Assembly: GCA_040510575.1 (NCBI GenBank)
Contig: JBEVIU010000102.1
Location: 1-62,273 of the forward strand
Length of the DNA stretch: 62,273 nt
From: Acidimicrobiia bacterium
Lineage (GTDB): Bacteria > Actinomycetota > Acidimicrobiia > IMCC26256 > DASPTH01
Direction: 5' to 3'
The translations under genes were made by a program, and so were the position numbers. Each line of letters starts with the position of its first letter. Position 1 is the stretch's first letter. Shown one piece after another: positions 61,521 through 62,273 of the stretch. The notes below the pieces were generated by a model. That model ran no database searches. It was not told the origin of the DNA and saw nothing but the letters and a program-made list of their open reading frames with translations.

Positions 61521-62042
61521 TCACGCGGATCGGTTGTCCCGGACGCTTCCTGGATAGGTGCCGCGCAGGGCCTTCACGACTTCCGGGACGTCCCGTCGCT
61601 GGATCATCAGCGTGAACGACTGATCGTCAGTGAGGTGGAAACGGGCGTGGTCGACGCCGATCCGTCCTCCTCCGCCAGACCACGTCGGCCTGTCGAGGTC
61701 GACTCGAGTGACCCGATCGCGATCCAGACGGAGCGCTTTCGGATAGGCCTCGCTGATCATCTCTGGTTGCAGAGTCTCCACGTCGAGTTGCTGCAACTCG
61801 CGCACCGGACGACCCGAGAAATGAGACGCAGGAGTCACGACGAAGCTCTTCGTGAAGACCCACGCGTTGGCGCGGATCGTGTTGCTCTGGCCGTAGTGGA
61901 ACAACTTCCCGACCGCTCGCGGACGGATCCAACACGTATCAAATCGCCCAAGACAGGCCATCGGCGAATTCTCGCAGACTCCGGTCGGCCAGTCCAACGA
62001 CTCCCACCGAGTGTCCGTGGCCCGACGGGCCTGCCGCACCAA
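61521..62042 (-). CDS. hypothetical protein
   Basis: 173-aa ORF with an alternative ATG at 61961. Its GC looks noticeably lower than its neighbours. No family was recognised. Confidence 0.5.
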   Translation of the reverse strand: MVRQARRATDTRWESLDWPTGVCENSPMACLGRFDTCWIRPRAVGKLFHYGQSNTIRANAWVFTKSFVVTPASHFSGRPVRELQQLDVETLQPEMISEAYPKALRLDRDRVTRVDLDRPTWSGGGGRIGVDHARFHLTDDQSFTLMIQRRDVPEVVKALRGTYPGSVRDNRSA

Positions 62043-62058
62043 CTTGTGCGCCCAGGGT

Positions 62059-62273
62059 TCAGCTCTGCGGCGGGCTCCACGCCGACGGCGAGCCGCTCTC
62101 GTTGGCTTCCTGCTGCTTCTGGGTCGCGACGATGCGCATCGTCTCGCCGAAGCGGATGGCTTCGACCGGAGAGAGGTACTGCGCGCGCATCGCGACTTCC
62201 TTGATCGCGCGCTGGGCCAACGGCGCGCCTTGGAGCAGGCGGTCAGCCAGTGCGCGTGCCTCGGCCATCAGAT
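62059..62273 (-). CDS. enoyl-CoA hydratase/isomerase (crotonase) family protein, C-terminal fragment (5' end outside window)
   Basis: The frame is open to the window edge. ..ALADRLLQGAPLAQRAIKEVAMRAQ.. resembles the C-terminal helices of crotonases. Confidence 0.55.
   Translation of the reverse strand, partial: LMAEARALADRLLQGAPLAQRAIKEVAMRAQYLSPVEAIRFGETMRIVATQKQQEANESGSPSAWSPPQS

Overview
High-GC (roughly 70% by eye, not computed) actinobacterial chromosomal segment. It is densely packed, with about 75 protein-coding genes on both strands and many 1-4 nt start/stop overlaps. Lineage markers are mycothiol synthase (mshD), F420/LLM and PPOX-type enzymes, an HU protein with a Lys/Ala-rich histone-like tail, and a full-length Lhr helicase. 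Most of the content is housekeeping or metabolic: a partial his operon (hisD-hisC-hisB-hisA, no hisH), rlmN, nth, thiolase, acetoacetyl-CoA synthetase, an acyl-CoA synthetase, aquaporin Z, a CBS-ClC channel with MarR, an ArsR-SRPBCC pair, PPK2, several SAM methyltransferases, VOC proteins and zinc metallopeptidases. I recognised no rRNA, tRNA, CRISPR array, transposase, integrase or phage genes. I did not find a convincing multi-gene novel system, and nothing looks like a defence island. The best leads are small-scale: (1) a near-consensus SoxR-type (MerR-class, 19-bp spacer) promoter with no soxR gene in the window, driving a truncated VOC ORF and an orphan ParA-like ATPase; (2) a 22-codon poly-lysine micro-ORF with a strong Shine-Dalgarno site; (3) two junctions where the downstream gene has no canonical start codon but a CTG overlaps the upstream TGA (CTGA), suggesting CTG-initiated translational coupling; (4) a 15-bp tandem repeat that reiterates a gene's last codons plus its stop codon; (5) a PafBC/RecA-NDp-like promoter placed for a leaderless lhr transcript; (6) a secreted glycine-rich (ALK/LTK GlyR-like) protein translationally coupled to an alpha/beta hydrolase; (7) several gene relics. 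All family calls come from reading motifs in the translations by eye. No database search was run.
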